Shown: positions 11,201 through 25,095 of the stretch, piece after piece
Position numbering within the stretch: position 1 is the stretch's first letter
Layout of the letters: every line of letters starts with the position of its first letter
NCBI GenBank assembly: GCA_013265495.1
Contig: MU058790.1
Span: 210,948 to 264,190, forward strand
From: Vicugna vicugna
Lineage: Eukaryota
Length of the DNA stretch: 53,243 bases
Reading direction: 5' to 3'
Notes under the pieces: generated by a model
The model's database searches: none
The model's input: only the letters and a program-made list of their open reading frames with translations
Told to the model about the DNA's origin: nothing
Position numbers and translations under genes: made by a program

Positions 11201-13734
11201 AAAGGAGGAAGGACATTTGGTCCTGTGACCCTGGTGAGGAGGGGCAGATGGAGTGGACATGGAGAAGTTATAGGAAGGAGGGTGTGCTGAGAGGGGCAAG
11301 GCTGCCTGCTGAGAGGGAAGGATCTCAGGATCTGAGTAGCAAGCGTGAGGAGAGCCCTGGAAAAGTCATTGAAGGCACTGGCTGCAGGAACTGACCCAAG
11401 ATGAGGGAAAGCGTTCACAGGTGATTCTGAGGCCTAGCTGACTTGTGGATCATGAGTTTGTCTTATTCCCAGTCTTTAGGGCTGTGTGATTTTCTCCAGT
11501 GACAAAGGCAGCTTGATCCAGGGTTGGCATTTTAATGAGTTCACATAAATGGAGATGTTCTCCTCAAGGAAAATAGCTTTAGAGGCAAATACAAAGTCTT
11601 AAAGAGAAATAAACAGGAACAAGAAAGTTACTTCATTTTTCTCTGGTGTCTTGTCATGACAGTGGTAGACCTCTCCAGAGATTACAGTATAGTTTTTCCT
11701 TGCTTTTAGTTTCTGTTGTGATGAAGAGTTTATAATTCTCAGACCATGGTGGGATACATTGAACCTTCGCAGATGTTTCACAGTCTGCAAAGCTGACTTT
11801 ATGTACTGTGTTTCTTGATGTGTTGTGTTCTGTTTCTGATAGTTATTTTCCTCCCTTACCCCCACCACACACGCAGATGGACCGTATAGCAGCATTATGT
11901 GCAAAGCCCTCCTGGTCAGTGTCACTCTGAAGCTACGTGGAGTTAATCAAGTACACGTAACCAGATGAGTGTCAGAACATAACTACAGGTTTCCAAGTTT
12001 CAAGTCCATTATGCCATATGAGAAAAAGATTAATCAAAAATGTGACAAATAAGCCTTTCTTTGGTGATAGTAAAAATCTTAGAAATCATTGCAACAAAGT
12101 CTCATCAATAGCTGGAAGTATTTTGTGGCACAGTGTAAAGAACATAGAATCCCTTTATTCCAAATGCAGAATGAGGTCCAGGGCAAATGAGTTTCCCCCA
12201 TCTGTGAAATTGGGGTTACAGGTCCTTCTTGTATACCTCACGGTGTGGTTATTAAAAAAAAAATCAAAGAGGGAATGTAATAAAGACTTCTAACAAATAA
12301 TAGATGAGATTTATAATGAGTAATGTTTTTATTGAGAAAACATTTATGTTCGTTTGGCACCATATCATGGATTATTTAGAAACCGTTGATTGCACATTGG
12401 TCTCTCTCTAGGGGAACTTGGAGAAATTGTATCAATTGGTTGCACACTATATGAAAATTTGTTTAAAAATATCTGCATTCTCCATACTTATTTTAATTTA
12501 TGTAACAGATTTGAAGACTCCAAAGACAAGGATTTAAAACCATTTACTATATTTACAAAATTAGTGGGGTGAATGACTGGAATTATCTGTGAGTACTAAT
12601 CTGTATCACTTTATCCTGGAAACATGTAACTGTACTGATATCTTTGACTTGTTTCTGTCCTTATTGGTAGGATTGAGAGATGACAGCCTTGAATTTTTAA
12701 GTACAAGGGAGTTGCTCTCATCTTAGTTGAGGTTCACAATTTAGCCAGTGATTTCCTGACCAATAGGTATAAAAGGGGAATCTTACATTTTTAAGTAAGT
12801 GAATTTACGATTACCTTCCCCCAAAGGAGCGTATGAATTGATTCAATACCTAGAGACTCGAGTTCAAGGTCAAGCTTTAGTGAGGACTCCTTCACTCTGC
12901 TACACTGAATCCTGAACATTTGTATGTTTTGGAGCTTCTTGGGTGTCACCATAGTGTGATTGTGAGAGGAATAGGAGACAAGCGCAGAATTTAGTTATTT
13001 ATTTGTGGCCTGTTTCCCATGGCAAACCATGTTAAAAGTGAACACATACACGTTTTACTGGTTCTCCTAAACCAGCTCTACTGGTTGAACTGTGTGGGAG
13101 AGATAGACAAACGGGACTCTGTGGAATAATCTTGCAATTCCAAGTCAGGCATGTAATTTAACATATAGTCACATTTTGACTCAGTTATATGATTGTAGCT
13201 AGAGAGCTTAGAGTTGCTGGTTCTTGTTTATGGTAAGTATAATCTGGGGCACTTTCCTGAATATCTATGCTTAAATCAAGTCATTTAAAATGAAATAGAG
13301 AAGTTTATTGTTAAAGTAAATTGAGTGTGGAGCTTTTTATAAAGTATATAATCACTTAATTTGCATGCCTAAATTTTCATATATCAGGTTTTCTTAAATT
13401 AAGATTTTTTTCATTCAGTTAAGTAATTTTAAGGTACATCTATGAACATTTTTATTATATTTGAATTAAGAGGGATTTATTTTATCTAAATAATGGTCCA
13501 TTTTGTAAGTTACAATGAAACAGTGCTCATAAATTCCTTGTATTTAACAGTAGATTCTCATTTTCGGACAATGTTGAAGGCAGTTTACACTAAATTTATT
13601 CACAACCAGCTTTATGGTAATGTTGAATGTCTGCTTTTAAAGAATTGCGACATCTTAAAGGTTCAGTGCCCTAAAATTTCCCTTTTTCAAGAAAATCAGA
13701 CAATTTAATCATTCAGATGAAACTCCTAAGTGAT

Positions 13735-15850
13735 AATTTTTTTAAAAAAATCACCTTTATTGAGGTTTAATTTACATACAATAAAATCCACAGATTTAAA
13801 TTGTATAATTTGAGAGTTTTGATAGATGTGTGCAGTTATTTGATCACCACAAACAAGATATAGAATATTTCCATTGCTTCAAAAAGGTCCTTCTTGCCAG
13901 TTTGCAGTCAGTCCCCTCCCTGGTTCCCTGGTAACTACTAATTTGCTTTTTTTTTTATCCTATTTTGCCTTTTCTAGAATTTCATACACATGGAATCATA
14001 TTGTACGTAATCTTTTGTGTCAGGCTTCTTTCACTTTGTATAATGGTTTTGAGATTTATCCACATTGTTACCTGTATAAGTAGTTTGTTCCCCTTTATTG
14101 CTGAGTTGTATTCTCTTGTATAGATATATTACAGCTTTTTATCCCTTCACCAGTTGATGGACACCTGGATTGTTTCCGGTTTGGGGCTATTGTGAATAAA
14201 GCTATTATGATCATTTGTTTAAAGGTATTTCTGTGTGCATATATTTTCATTTCTCCTGGAAAATATCTACTAGTGGGATTTTGTGTCTTATAGTAACTGT
14301 ACAGTTTAACATTAAGAGAAACAGCTGAATTGTTTCCCAGAGTAGCTGTACCATTTTTCATTCCCAACAGCAATGTATGAGAATTCAGTTGCTAGCATAC
14401 GGTATGGTCAGTCTTTTTAATTTTAGCCACTGCTATAGGTATATAGTGGCATCGCATTGTGGTTTTAGTTTGCTTTTCTATAATGAATAAGGATGTTAAG
14501 TATGTTGTCATGTGTTTCTTGGCCATACATATAGCTTTGGTGAAACATTTGTTCAAACCTTTCACCCATTTTCAGAAGTTAGTTGGTTGTTTTTTTTTTG
14601 ACTATTATGTTGTTAGGATTTTTTTTTTCATGTTCTGGATGCAAATCCTTTATCAGATACGTGTTTTGTAAATATTTTCTTTTACTGTGGCCTGCCTTTT
14701 CATTTTCTTGAGAGTATCTTTCTTAGAGCAGAAATTTTTAATTTTGTTGAAGTACATTTTATCAATATTTTTTCTTTTGTGGTTCATGCCTTTTGTGCCC
14801 TGAGAACTCTTTGCTGAACCCACGGTCACAAAGACTTTCTTCTATGTGTTCTTCTACAAGTATTACAATTTTCACATTTATATTTAGGCCCATTACTCAT
14901 TTCAGATTAATTTTTGTATATAGTATAATGTAAAGTTTGAGATTAATTTTTTCCATATGGATATCTAATTTTTCTAGCACCATTTTTTTAAACATTTTTT
15001 AATTGAGTAATAGTCATTTTACAATGTTGTGTCAAATTCAAGTGTAGAGCACAATTTTTCAGTTATACATGAACATACATATATTCATTGTCACTTTTTT
15101 TTTTTGCTGTGAGCTACCACAAGATCTTGTATATATTTCCCTGTGCTATACAGTATACAGTATAATCTTGTATCTATTCTACATTTTGAAATCCCAGTCT
15201 GTCTCTTCCGACCCCTTGCCCCCTTGGCAACCACAAGTTTGTATTCTATGTCTGTGAGTCTGTTTCTGTTTTGTATTTTTTTTTCAGATTCCACATATGA
15301 GTGATCTCTTATGGTATTTTTCTTTCTCTTTCTGGCTTACTTCACTTAGAATGACATTCTCCAGGAACAACCATGTTGCTGCAAATGGCGTATGTTGTCA
15401 TTTTTATGGCTGAATAGTATTCCATTGTATAAATATACCACATCTTCTTTATCCAGTCATTTGTTGATGGACATTTAGGCTGCTTCCATGTCTTGGCTAT
15501 TGTAAATAGTGCTGCTATGAACATTGGGGTGCAGGTGTCTTTTTGAATTAGCATTCCTTCTGGATATATGCCCAGGAGCAGGATTACTGGGGCATATGGT
15601 AAGTATTCCTAGTCTTTTGAGGAATCTCCATACTGTTTTCCACAGTGGCTGCAACAGACTGCATTCCCACCAGGAGTGTAGGAGGGTTCCTTTTTCTCCA
15701 CAGCCTCTCCAACATTTGTCATTTGTGGACTTTTGAATGATGGCCATTCTGACTGGTCTAGCACCATTTTTTTTAAGACTATCCTTTCCCCATTGAATTA
15801 CCTTGGCACATTTGCTGAAAATCAGTGACTATGTGTGTATGTTTGGGTGG
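13735..15850 (-). mobile_element. Older L1M element (3'UTR plus ORF2 end) interrupted by a younger L1
   Basis: ctttattgaggtttaatttacatacaataaaat 3' end; minus-strand ORF2-like peptide IALFTIAPNRKQSRCPSTGE; resumes after 15757. Confidence 0.85.
14990..15756 (-). mobile_element. Young lineage-specific L1 3' end nested in an old L1, with TSD
   Basis: TSD tctagcaccattttttt at 14973 and 15757. Near-intact ORF2 C-terminus [48 protein letters not shown]. Confidence 0.92.
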
Positions 15851-16389
15851 GTGGTGGGGATCTATTTCTGGATTCTCTAGTACCTTGGTACACATGTAAA
15901 GTAGTTTCTGAGCTGTGAAATTTGATTAGTAACTCATCTGCACTGCCGCCACCATATTGCTTACTCTGTTCTCTGGTCTAAGTCTATATCATACATATTT
16001 CTGTCATTGCATATACATAATGTACTGTAATTACTTGTTTACATAACCATCTTTCCTAGTAACCTATGAGTTTCTTGAGGGCAAGGAATGTTCTCATGTG
16101 CTAATACTAGGTACATAATAGGCATCCAATACATAATTACTGAATTTAAATAGATTGGACATAGAAACTAGGTTAAAATGTTCATTATTTTGCCTATGTG
16201 ATTGTAATTAGTATTATTTTTATAAAATCTAAGCAAATTTCCTTACCTTGTTAGTTGTCTAGTACTGACACATAGCACCAATGTCAACTTTTTTTCCTGA
16301 CAGCATGGATAGTTTAATTTTGAGTAGTTGCTTAAGGTTTTCTTGGAATCTGTTCTTTGACCTGATAATAAAACAGGTCATAACTATTA

Positions 16390-16585
16390 GTATATGCCAG
16401 TCACTGTACTAAATGCTAACATGTATTATCTCGTTTAGACAACACTGTGGGGCAGATACAATCATTATCCTTATTTTATAGCTGAGGGAATGGAACTAGG
16501 AGGGTAAATAACTTGTTGTCCAAAATCAGACAGATGATCAATGACAGAGAGAATGCAGGTAGCCCTTAATTTAAACACTGCACTA
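16390..16585 (-). mobile_element. MIR SINE
   Basis: tatgccagtcactgtactaaatgct...attatccttattttatagctgagg...taacttg. Confidence 0.6.
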
Positions 16586-16743
16586 TAGTCATTGCCTGGC
16601 TTCATCCAGGAAGGTTATAAGTTGTTAATTAACTTTAACCTGAATTAACTGTTGTCAGTTATATCTGTGATATCCATGAGAAAAAGAGAGGTGCTGGATT
16701 TATTGTCAGTAGGTATATGTGCAGTTATTTTCTTAGGCAAAGC

Positions 16744-16962
16744 TTTTTTTTTTTTTAAATTGAAGTATAGTCAGTTTACAATGTATCAGTTTCTGGTGTA
16801 CAGCACAATGTTTCAGTCATACATATACATACATGTGTTCATTTTTATATTCTTTTTCATTATAGACTACTACAAGCTATTGAATATAGTTCCCTATGCT
16901 ATATAGTATGAACATGTTGTTTATCTATTTCATATATAATAGTCAGCATCTGAAAATCTCAA
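16744..16962 (-). mobile_element. Short L1 3'UTR end
   Basis: Poly(T) followed by aattgaagtatagtcagtttacaatg. Confidence 0.85.
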
Positions 16963-17075
16963 GGATGTATTTAGTGGGAGGGAGAGAGTCAGAAAACAGT
17001 GGTGCCTCCATCTAATTAATGTAGCAAGCTCTAAAATGGAATAATTTTTGAGGTGAGTTTTTGGTTTTCAAAAAA

Positions 17076-17930
17076 TTTTTTTAATTGAGGTATAGTCAGT
17101 TTACGATGTGTCAATTTCTGGTGTACAGCGTAATGTTTCAGTCATATCTATACATACACATATTCCTTTTCATATTCTTTTTCATTATAGGTTACTACAA
17201 GATATTGAATATAGTTCCCTGTGCTATACGGTAGAAACTTGTTTGTTTTATATATAGTAGTTAATATCTGCAAATCTTGAACTCCCAATTTATCTCTTCC
17301 CACTCCCTTCCCCCACTTCCCCCTGGTAACCATAAATTTGTTTTCTATGGCTGTATGTTTCTGTTTTGTAAATAAGTTCATTTGTGCCTTTTTTTTTTAG
17401 ATTCCACATATAAGTTATATCATATGATATATATCTTTGTCTGACTTACTTCACTTATTGTGACGATCTCTAGAACCAATCCATGTTGCAGCAAATGGCA
17501 TATATGTATATATATCTCACAGCTTCTTTATCCAGTCATCTGTCAGTAGACATTAAGGTTGTTTCCATGTCTTGGCTATTGTAAATAGTGCTGCTATGAA
17601 CACTGGGGTGCATGTATCTTTTGAATTGAAGTTTTCTCTAGATATATGCCCAGGAGTGGGATTGCTGGATCCTGTGATAAGTCTATTTTTAGTTTTTTGA
17701 GGATTCTCCATACTGTTTTCCATAATGGCTGCACCAAACTACATTACCACCTATAGTGTAGGAGGGTTCCCTTTTCTCCACACCATCTCCAGCATAATAT
17801 ATATGTTTTAAAATATGTATATTTGTGGACTTCTTAATGGTGGCCTTTCTGACTGGTGTGAGGTGATACCTCATTAGGGTTTTAATTTGCAGCTCTCTGA
17901 TAATTAGCAATATTGAGCATTTTTTATGTG
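17076..17930 (-). mobile_element. 5'-truncated L1
   Basis: Same 3'UTR family as 4138 and 16744; ORF2 peptide LIIRELQIKTLMRYHLTPVRKATIKKS. Confidence 0.9.
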
Positions 17931-18589
17931 TTCTCAGGTGAAACTGATTGTCTCATATCCTATTTCTCAATAAGTAATATTAAATGTCTTCTAAATCTTG
18001 CTCAAGATATAGAAAGTGTTATGATGTGATATTTAGCTTGACATTTCCCCTTTACAAAGGCATTCCTTTGGGCATGAAAACTATTTGTCCTTCTGAGCCT
18101 TCTTTGAAATACAAATGCCACGGGGCCACACTCCTAATCAGCTAATCCCTCACGTATTTACTTACACTAGACTTCATTAACAGAAACTGCAAGCAGGGTG
18201 TGCATCTAGGTAGATAGTGGAGCACCTTGGGAAGGATGGATCTCACAAACAAGGAAGACCTAAAAGCTTTCATAGTTTACATCTCAATTTTTCCCGACTC
18301 TAACGCAGGCCCCAAACCTACGCCTTCCCAACTCCAATTTTTCTGACAGGTATGAGTTTCAAACCAGTTTCCTCTAACCCCAGGAATGCTTCTGCTTACC
18401 GTACCCCAAGACGGAAGAGGTCTTGTGTATAGCTTCCCTTCTCAGTACGCCACCGATTGTCTTTGAGAATTTCTCAACACTTTACTTCTTTTCCTCAACG
18501 GTCTCTGAAATCTGGCTTTGTGGTGATGCATTCACCCCAATAATTGTGACAATAATAGGAGGCATCTCTACCATAAGCTGCCTTTAAAT

Positions 18590-18785
18590 AGCATTTACTG
18601 TCTACCATTTGCCTCATATTACATTGATATTCATTAATTCTCACAACAGCTGTACGAAGTCAGTTCTTTTATCACCTTCATTTTATACATGAGAAATGTG
18701 AGGTCACATGGTTCCTAAGTGGTAGAGACAGGGCATGAACCCAGCTTTGTTTGATGGAGGAACAAGTACTCTTAATCACTACATC
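18590..18785 (-). mobile_element. MIR SINE
   Basis: taattctcacaacagc...cattttatacatgagaaa...aggtcacatgg...gaacccag. Confidence 0.6.
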
Positions 18786-19609
18786 AGAATGCCTCACAGA
18801 AACCCCAAACTGCCTCAGAAATGGATCTGGTACCAGTTTTTGAGCCAAACAGAAGATAGTATAGTAATAATCATAACTTTTACATCATACATCTCTGCTC
18901 ATAAAGTAGCGTCATATCCATTACCTGCATGTGGTTTGTGTGCTGCCACTATTTCCTCCTGTGAAGTCACATTTGCAGCTGAGGAGTAATATTAGGAAGA
19001 CACTGGGAATTTAGAAAGTGTCTTCTTCAGAAATAAGAAGAGGAGTCTGATAAGATGACCTTGGGATGAGTGACAAGATCAATGTCTTTGCAATTACTTT
19101 AATGGGTCACCTCCCTACATTGTTTTGAAATGAGGCTACTCAGCTTCTAGACTAAATGATAGGAGAGGGAATTGAGAGGGAATAATTTAAGTAAGTTTAT
19201 TTCTAACCTGTCTGATTCAGAATGTATCAGTTCATTTAGAAAGTTTTGCCTAGGACAGACTCTTACATCCCCTGAACATTTGTGTGGTTCCACCTGAGGG
19301 TTAAAAGATGAAGTGGGTGGTCTCTTCGAGTCTTTCTGAGATTCAAAACAAAACAAAAACAAAAAAACTGCTGAGAATTCAGAAGTCCTGTGTTCTAACC
19401 CAGCCCCTTCACTACCTATTTATATAACTTGGAGCAGGAATATCTCTGATACTCACTTTCTTTATCTATTAAAAAGATGATCAAATAACAGTTAAAGGCC
19501 CTTCTATATCTAAGAGTTTGACTCTATTTTTACTGTTTTCTAAGTTTATCTTATCTTTATTTATAGTAGATACTTCACATTAATACTGCTACTGAAGAAT
19601 ACCATAGAA

Positions 19610-20238
19610 CTGTGATTCTCAAACATTTTGCCCTTGGACCTTTAAAAATTATTGAGGACCATAGCAGCTTTTGTTTATCTAGGCTTTCTCCATCAGCTTT
19701 TACCAGATTAGAAATTAAAACTGAGAAACTTTTTAACGTAAGAATACAAAAGCACATGTTCCATTAGCTATCAGAATGATGGCCTCTTTGCAGGTCATAT
19801 AGCCTCTGGAAAGTTCCAGAGTTCACTCCTGAGAAAATGGGGGCAAAAAGGTAAATGAAGTTTTTTTCTTTTTCCCAATGCTTCATCATGCTAACTGATC
19901 TCACTTTATTTATTTATTTTTGTAGTCTTTTTTAAAAAAACACCTTTATTGTGGTATGATTCCTGTACAGTAAACTATGCATATTTCAGATGTACAATTT
20001 GATGAATTTTGAAAGATGTATACATCTATGATATTACTTTATTTTTCTTAATGGAGGTACTGGGGATTGAACCCAGGACCTTGCACATGCTAAGCACACA
20101 CTCTACCACTGAGCTATATCCTCACCCCCAGCAAATAAAGCCTTGGTATTAGTATGAAAATAATTTTGACCTTACTGACTCTCTAAAAGGGCCTTGGGGA
20201 TCCCTCGGAGTTCTTAGACTACCTTTTGAGAACTGATA
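19610..20238. mobile_element. hAT-Charlie (Charlie4a-like) DNA transposon, interrupted by later insertions at ~19860-20130
   Basis: Ends ctgtgattctcaaac and ctttt gagaactga; internal aaaaattattgaggacc...agcttttgtttat...ttagaaattaaaactgagaaa. Confidence 0.65.
20038..20129 (-). mobile_element. tRNA-Ala-derived camelid SINE (vic-type)
   Basis: Minus strand gggggtgaggatatagctcagtggtagagtgtgtgcttagcatgtgcaaggtcctgggttcaatccccagtacctcca plus an A-rich tail; A and B boxes present. Confidence 0.85.
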
Positions 20239-21009
20239 GCATAGAACTTGTGCATTTAACTTCTTTGTAAATGAAAGCAAATTAACATTTAGATCGTCCA
20301 GTTCACTGTTATTTGTCCTACACTCAGCCCTGGTTCCTTCCTCCATTGTGGGTTAATGTGTTAACAGGACCAGCCTTGTTCAAGAACTGTTTTATAATGA
20401 TGCTGTTCCTGTGTTCTCCTCTTCTGGCCACCAGAATCCAGACCCCAGTTGTTGGTTGGTTCCAGGCAGTTGAAATACCTTTCTGTTAATGCTCAAAGGA
20501 GTTCCTTTGAGGTTTTGTAATGATAACTGAAGGACTCATTTGAAGAAAAGATGAATACACATTGTGAGATAAATACTGTCATAATTAGTTTAAGAAGAAC
20601 TTAGATGAAACATTAAAAATAATGTGGAGTATGGTTCTAGTGTTAACTTCCAATCAGACTGTATTCAAAATGAGTGAAAGCAACAACGTGTAAGAGAAAT
20701 GTATCTTTGGTCCACCTTAGAATTTTCTTCTCTTCTATGTACCTTGCATTGATTTTCTTCCTTTCTCTGACTCACTACTGGTATTCCCTGGGAACATCTC
20801 CCATTTACACTCAAATCTGTGCCTCAGAGCTTACTTTTGAAGGCATCCTGAAATTAGATAGACCAGCTAAAACTTGTGGTTTTGTCTTTATTATGTTCCA
20901 TGTCTACTTACAGACTATTCACATCCATACTTCTTGCTCCAGTAGCACCAAGGCTAATTTTTAATCCAGGGCTGGTCACTGTCTCATGGTAGCAGCCAGA
21001 GTTTATAGT

Positions 21010-21220
21010 CAGTGGTGTCCTGGTAAATATTTAACAATCAGTTGCCCCCGTCCTACACCCCCAACTTTCCTCATTTATAGCTTTTGTTGATTACTGTGGT
21101 ATGCATACTCCCACTGTGGCTGATTTCACATTACCAGTATGTCACTGAGTGTGAGGTTGAAAAGAGATGTACAGAGATGACTCTCGTGGGCCCACATAAA
21201 CTAGCTGTAGCACTCCATTG
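21010..21220. mobile_element. MER63-type hAT MITE
   Basis: TIRs cagtggtgtcctgg / gtagcactccattg, about 210 bp long. Confidence 0.7.
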
Positions 21221-21589
21221 CTTCCTGGGGTAAACTCACAAAATGGGGCGCTGCAGAGATGAGTGCTTGATGGAAAGAATTTTTGAATGCCAGAGAGTAA
21301 ATATCATTTAATCATTATTCTCTCATGGTATGGATGAGGACCCTGGGGTCCAAGGGGGGTCTTTTATTCATTATCTAACATAATTGGTTAGGGAGACCCA
21401 AAAAAGTTGTAACACATTCAACAATTGTATTCCGTTGGTGAAGTAAATTCTCTGCAGCTATGTGATTTGCCCCCTTGACTATATGTGTTTTATAATTTTT
21501 GTTACTTAGTTGGAATAATTGAACTTCTTTAGGTAATCAGAGTCCAAAAGTCATAGGTTCTTTTTCCTTTCTTATTACTTAGCAAACAC

Positions 21590-21810
21590 ATATGTGGTAC
21601 TTGTTATAATAGCAGAACTATTGTAAATGTTTCACAAATACTAAGTCATTACAACCCAAAGAGGCACATGCTGTCATTTCCATTTTAGAGATGAAGTGAT
21701 TGAGGCACCAAGAATTTAAACAAGAAGGCTAAGGTCACACAACTAATAAGATAATAATTGGGAACCAAACCTAGGCAATCTGGCTTAAATGCCATGATTT
21801 TAACCTCTAG
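21590..21810 (-). mobile_element. MIR SINE
   Basis: ccattttagagatgaagtgattgaggcac...aaggtcacacaacta. Confidence 0.65.
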
Positions 21811-23299
21811 ACTTACTCTCTCTTACCCTGAAAGGAAGTGAGGCTGTTAGACTGAACAGTTCAGCTTAGTCCCAAACAAGTATAATTTGTTAAGTGATGA
21901 GAATGGTTGTTTCACCTTTTTAGACTAAATGCTTTCAATTCTTCTCATCTTTCCTGATATGCACTAGTTATTTTCAGTTTGAGATTGGAAAGACAATGTT
22001 GAGGAAGTGAAAGTGATACAGTATTTCTAAAGTTTTCATGTAAACTACTCGAAGGTTAAGTCTATAGCCTATAAAGGGCTATGATAGGTGCTCCTTCGTT
22101 TGCTTCTTGAATTGATATGCCTTTGATTTTCATATTGGAACTGATTTACTGAAGGCTTGCCTAATTTTAGGTCCTACTACATGAACAATAACAATAAAAC
22201 CCTCTATTTTGCATTATTGGATATATCTAAATATGAATTAGAATACGACCTCTATAAAAATTCTTCTTGTGTCAAGTATGTATGCTAGAAAATAGACATT
22301 ATCTTTTAAAACAATTGTAGTTAGCTTTTGTAAATGGAGCTGTAATGGCTTATAATTAAGGAAAATCACTTACAATATGATCTGTCAGATTAGCTCTTGG
22401 TCATTACTGTTTCTTGAACAAATACTTGAAACAAGTGTAGATGTGCACCATACAATTCTGTGTCCCGATGGGCTGAAGTAATAAGAGTATCACTTTAGTT
22501 TTAAAAAAATATTCCTAGTTTGAGGAACATTTGCAGATAATTTGTTTTCCTCTTTTCTGACTTTCTATACTGCTATCACTTCATCGATGTTTTTCCTATC
22601 TCAGACTGAAACTCTAGGCATTGCCACAAAACCTGGAGAGGACATGGTGTGGGGTTGTAGTGTAAATATGTCAGGTGGAGTTTCAACTCAGTAAAATGCA
22701 GCCCTTTAAATATGATCATAAACGGTTTCATGACTCACAGTACGGATTTTATTTTTATAGGTAACTAAGGCTTCACAGATGTGTGATTGTTTTGTGATTA
22801 CAATGACAGAGAATGACTTTGTCCTCACTTCCTGGATTTAATCCATTCCTTCCCTCTCCCTACTTCCCTTGACCTTGATACAATCCATCTTGACTATATA
22901 ACTGTTTTCACTATGCGGATTCCTAAAATAGCCTCCTGGCTGGCTTTTGTTTTTCCTAGGGTTATTGTTGAACTACCCAAATGGAAAACATGAACTTTTT
23001 GAGTTGAAGAACCATTTAGATATTTTGGGGAAAGACACCCAACCAAGATCTTCTGGGTCATTTAATTATTTTGCAAACACTATTGAGAATCCAGTAAGTT
23101 CTCAGCATTGGGCTTGTTATTAGGTATTCAAAGATGAATAACATTGACCCAACCTCAGAGGGCTCTTGGTCTTTTGAAGTATATGAAATTTTCAAGTACT
23201 TGTCACTTGTACTTGAAATTGACACCTGGATGTTCTACTTATCAGCTGTCTTTTCCTGTGTAAACTGAGAAGTAAGAGAATTAATAGTTATTAAATATT

Positions 23300-23450
23300 T
23301 ACGATAATTACATGCTTTGTATATATTATCTCATTTAATTCCTCCCCAACTTGTCAAGAAAGGTATAAATCTGCAAATTTTCCAGTTGAGGAAACTGAAA
23401 ATCAGAAACGTTAAGTAATTTGTTTAAAGTTACAGAGTTGGCGGTGCTGA
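23300..23450 (-). mobile_element. MIR SINE
   Basis: attatctcatttaattcctc...gaggaaactgaaaatcagaaacgttaagtaatttg. Confidence 0.6.
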
Positions 23451-24479
23451 GGTGGAACACCAAAACAGAAAATCCTAATTAAAAAAGTGTGAGTGAAGAA
23501 GCAAACCAAAAAGCAACAAAGTAAGTTGGAGCAACAGCTAGGGCTTAAAAAGTGTGGAAATTTAGACTTGAAGGAACACATTCTCTCTTGTACTGTGGAT
23601 TGGCCTATAACATCTTATGAACATTTCTGTGAGATAGGTAAACTCATAGGCTGTGGAAGTTGGAACTTGAATAACCATGAGACCCATTTACATCAGGCTG
23701 ATTTACATCATGTGCCATTTCTTGGCAAACGTCTAATACCTATGATTTCTCCCTGTGGATCCTACTTTTGTCCCTGAAGCAACATAGACTTTACTAATTG
23801 CGTAGATGCTTTTTGGCTATGTCTTAAGTGTGAATTGAGGGGAATTCTTGGCCTACAGGGGAAGAAAATCTCTTGGTTGTATGGATGTGCAGTATTCGTG
23901 TTCCTGTGATCGTTTTTTCTTACTGTGTCTTGTGAACTTGTTTAATGTCTGCAGACTCCTGATCTACTTTTAGTGTGCTGACAGGGATCAAGTTACTGAG
24001 CCTGGGCTGAGGGTGGAATCCTTGAGATGTTTTTTATCAGACTCATGACTGATACTCTAGGACATCTCTCAGGAGCCAAGCTATTGGGACTCACCAGTCG
24101 GACCTTGCTACATGGAATGTGAACATCTTTATGACAGTCTTTCTCCATGTGCTGCTTCAGTTAAGCATAGAATGCCATGGGAACAATTAGGGGGGCAGCT
24201 AGCCCAGATTGGGTGTGAAAAGGTTTTCTGGAGTCAGCAGATATTAAAACTAATTTTAAAAGACAGAGGAACAGTTAGCCAAAGTTGGATAATGGTGGTG
24301 GGGAACAGGGTGTGCCCTAAAGAAAGGAACACTATGATGGCATGAGGTGAGAGAGAACATGACATGTTTGAGCAGCAAGAAAGGATTCAGTCTGACTTAG
24401 TTAAAATTTCTTAAATTTTATTGAGATATAATTATGTGTAATAAAGTGCATCCATTTAAAGTATACAGTTTGAAGTCAG

Positions 24480-24544
24480 GACATGGAAACAACTTAAATG
24501 TCCATTGACAGATGACTGGATAAAGAAGTTGTGGTATATATGTG

Positions 24545-24595
<51 letters not shown>

Positions 24596-25095
24596 GAATA
24601 TTACTCAGTCATAAAAATAAAGTAATGCCATTTGTAGCAACATGGATGGACTTAAGGATTATCATACTAAGTGAAGTAAGTCAGAAAGAGAAAGGCAAAT
24701 ATATATCACTCATATGTGGAATCTAAGAGAAAATGACACAAGTGAACTTACTCACAAAAGAGAAACAGACTCACAGACATAGAAAATAAACTTGTGGTTA
24801 CCAGAGGGGAAACAGGGTGGGAAGGGATAAATTGGGAGTTTGAGATTTGCAGATACTAACTACTATATATAAATTAGATAAACAACAAGGTCCTACTGTA
24901 TAGCATAGGGAACTGTATTCAATACCTTGTAATGGCCTATAATGAAAAAGAATATGAAAAGGAATATATATATATATATATATATATATGTTTAGCTGAA
25001 TCACTATGCTGTATATCAGAAATTAATACAATATTGTAAACCAACTATACTTCAATAAAAAATTTATAGACAGAAGTGAAAAGAAAAAGAAAACT
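24480..25095 (+). mobile_element. 5'-truncated L1 with (CA)n and (TA)n microsatellites
   Basis: acatggaaacaacttaaatgtccattgacagatgactgg...ctatacttcaataaaaa; (CA)n at ~24548-24592 and (TA)n at ~24965-24988. Confidence 0.9.

Noticed and set aside
16744..17330. Local tandem duplication
   Set aside because: The two similar segments are independent insertions of the same L1 3'UTR family found throughout the window, with different indels and flanks.
20038..20129. tRNA-Ala gene (also at 27228 and 32096)
   Set aside because: Multiple diverged copies with A-rich tails and broken stems indicate SINEs, not functional tRNAs.
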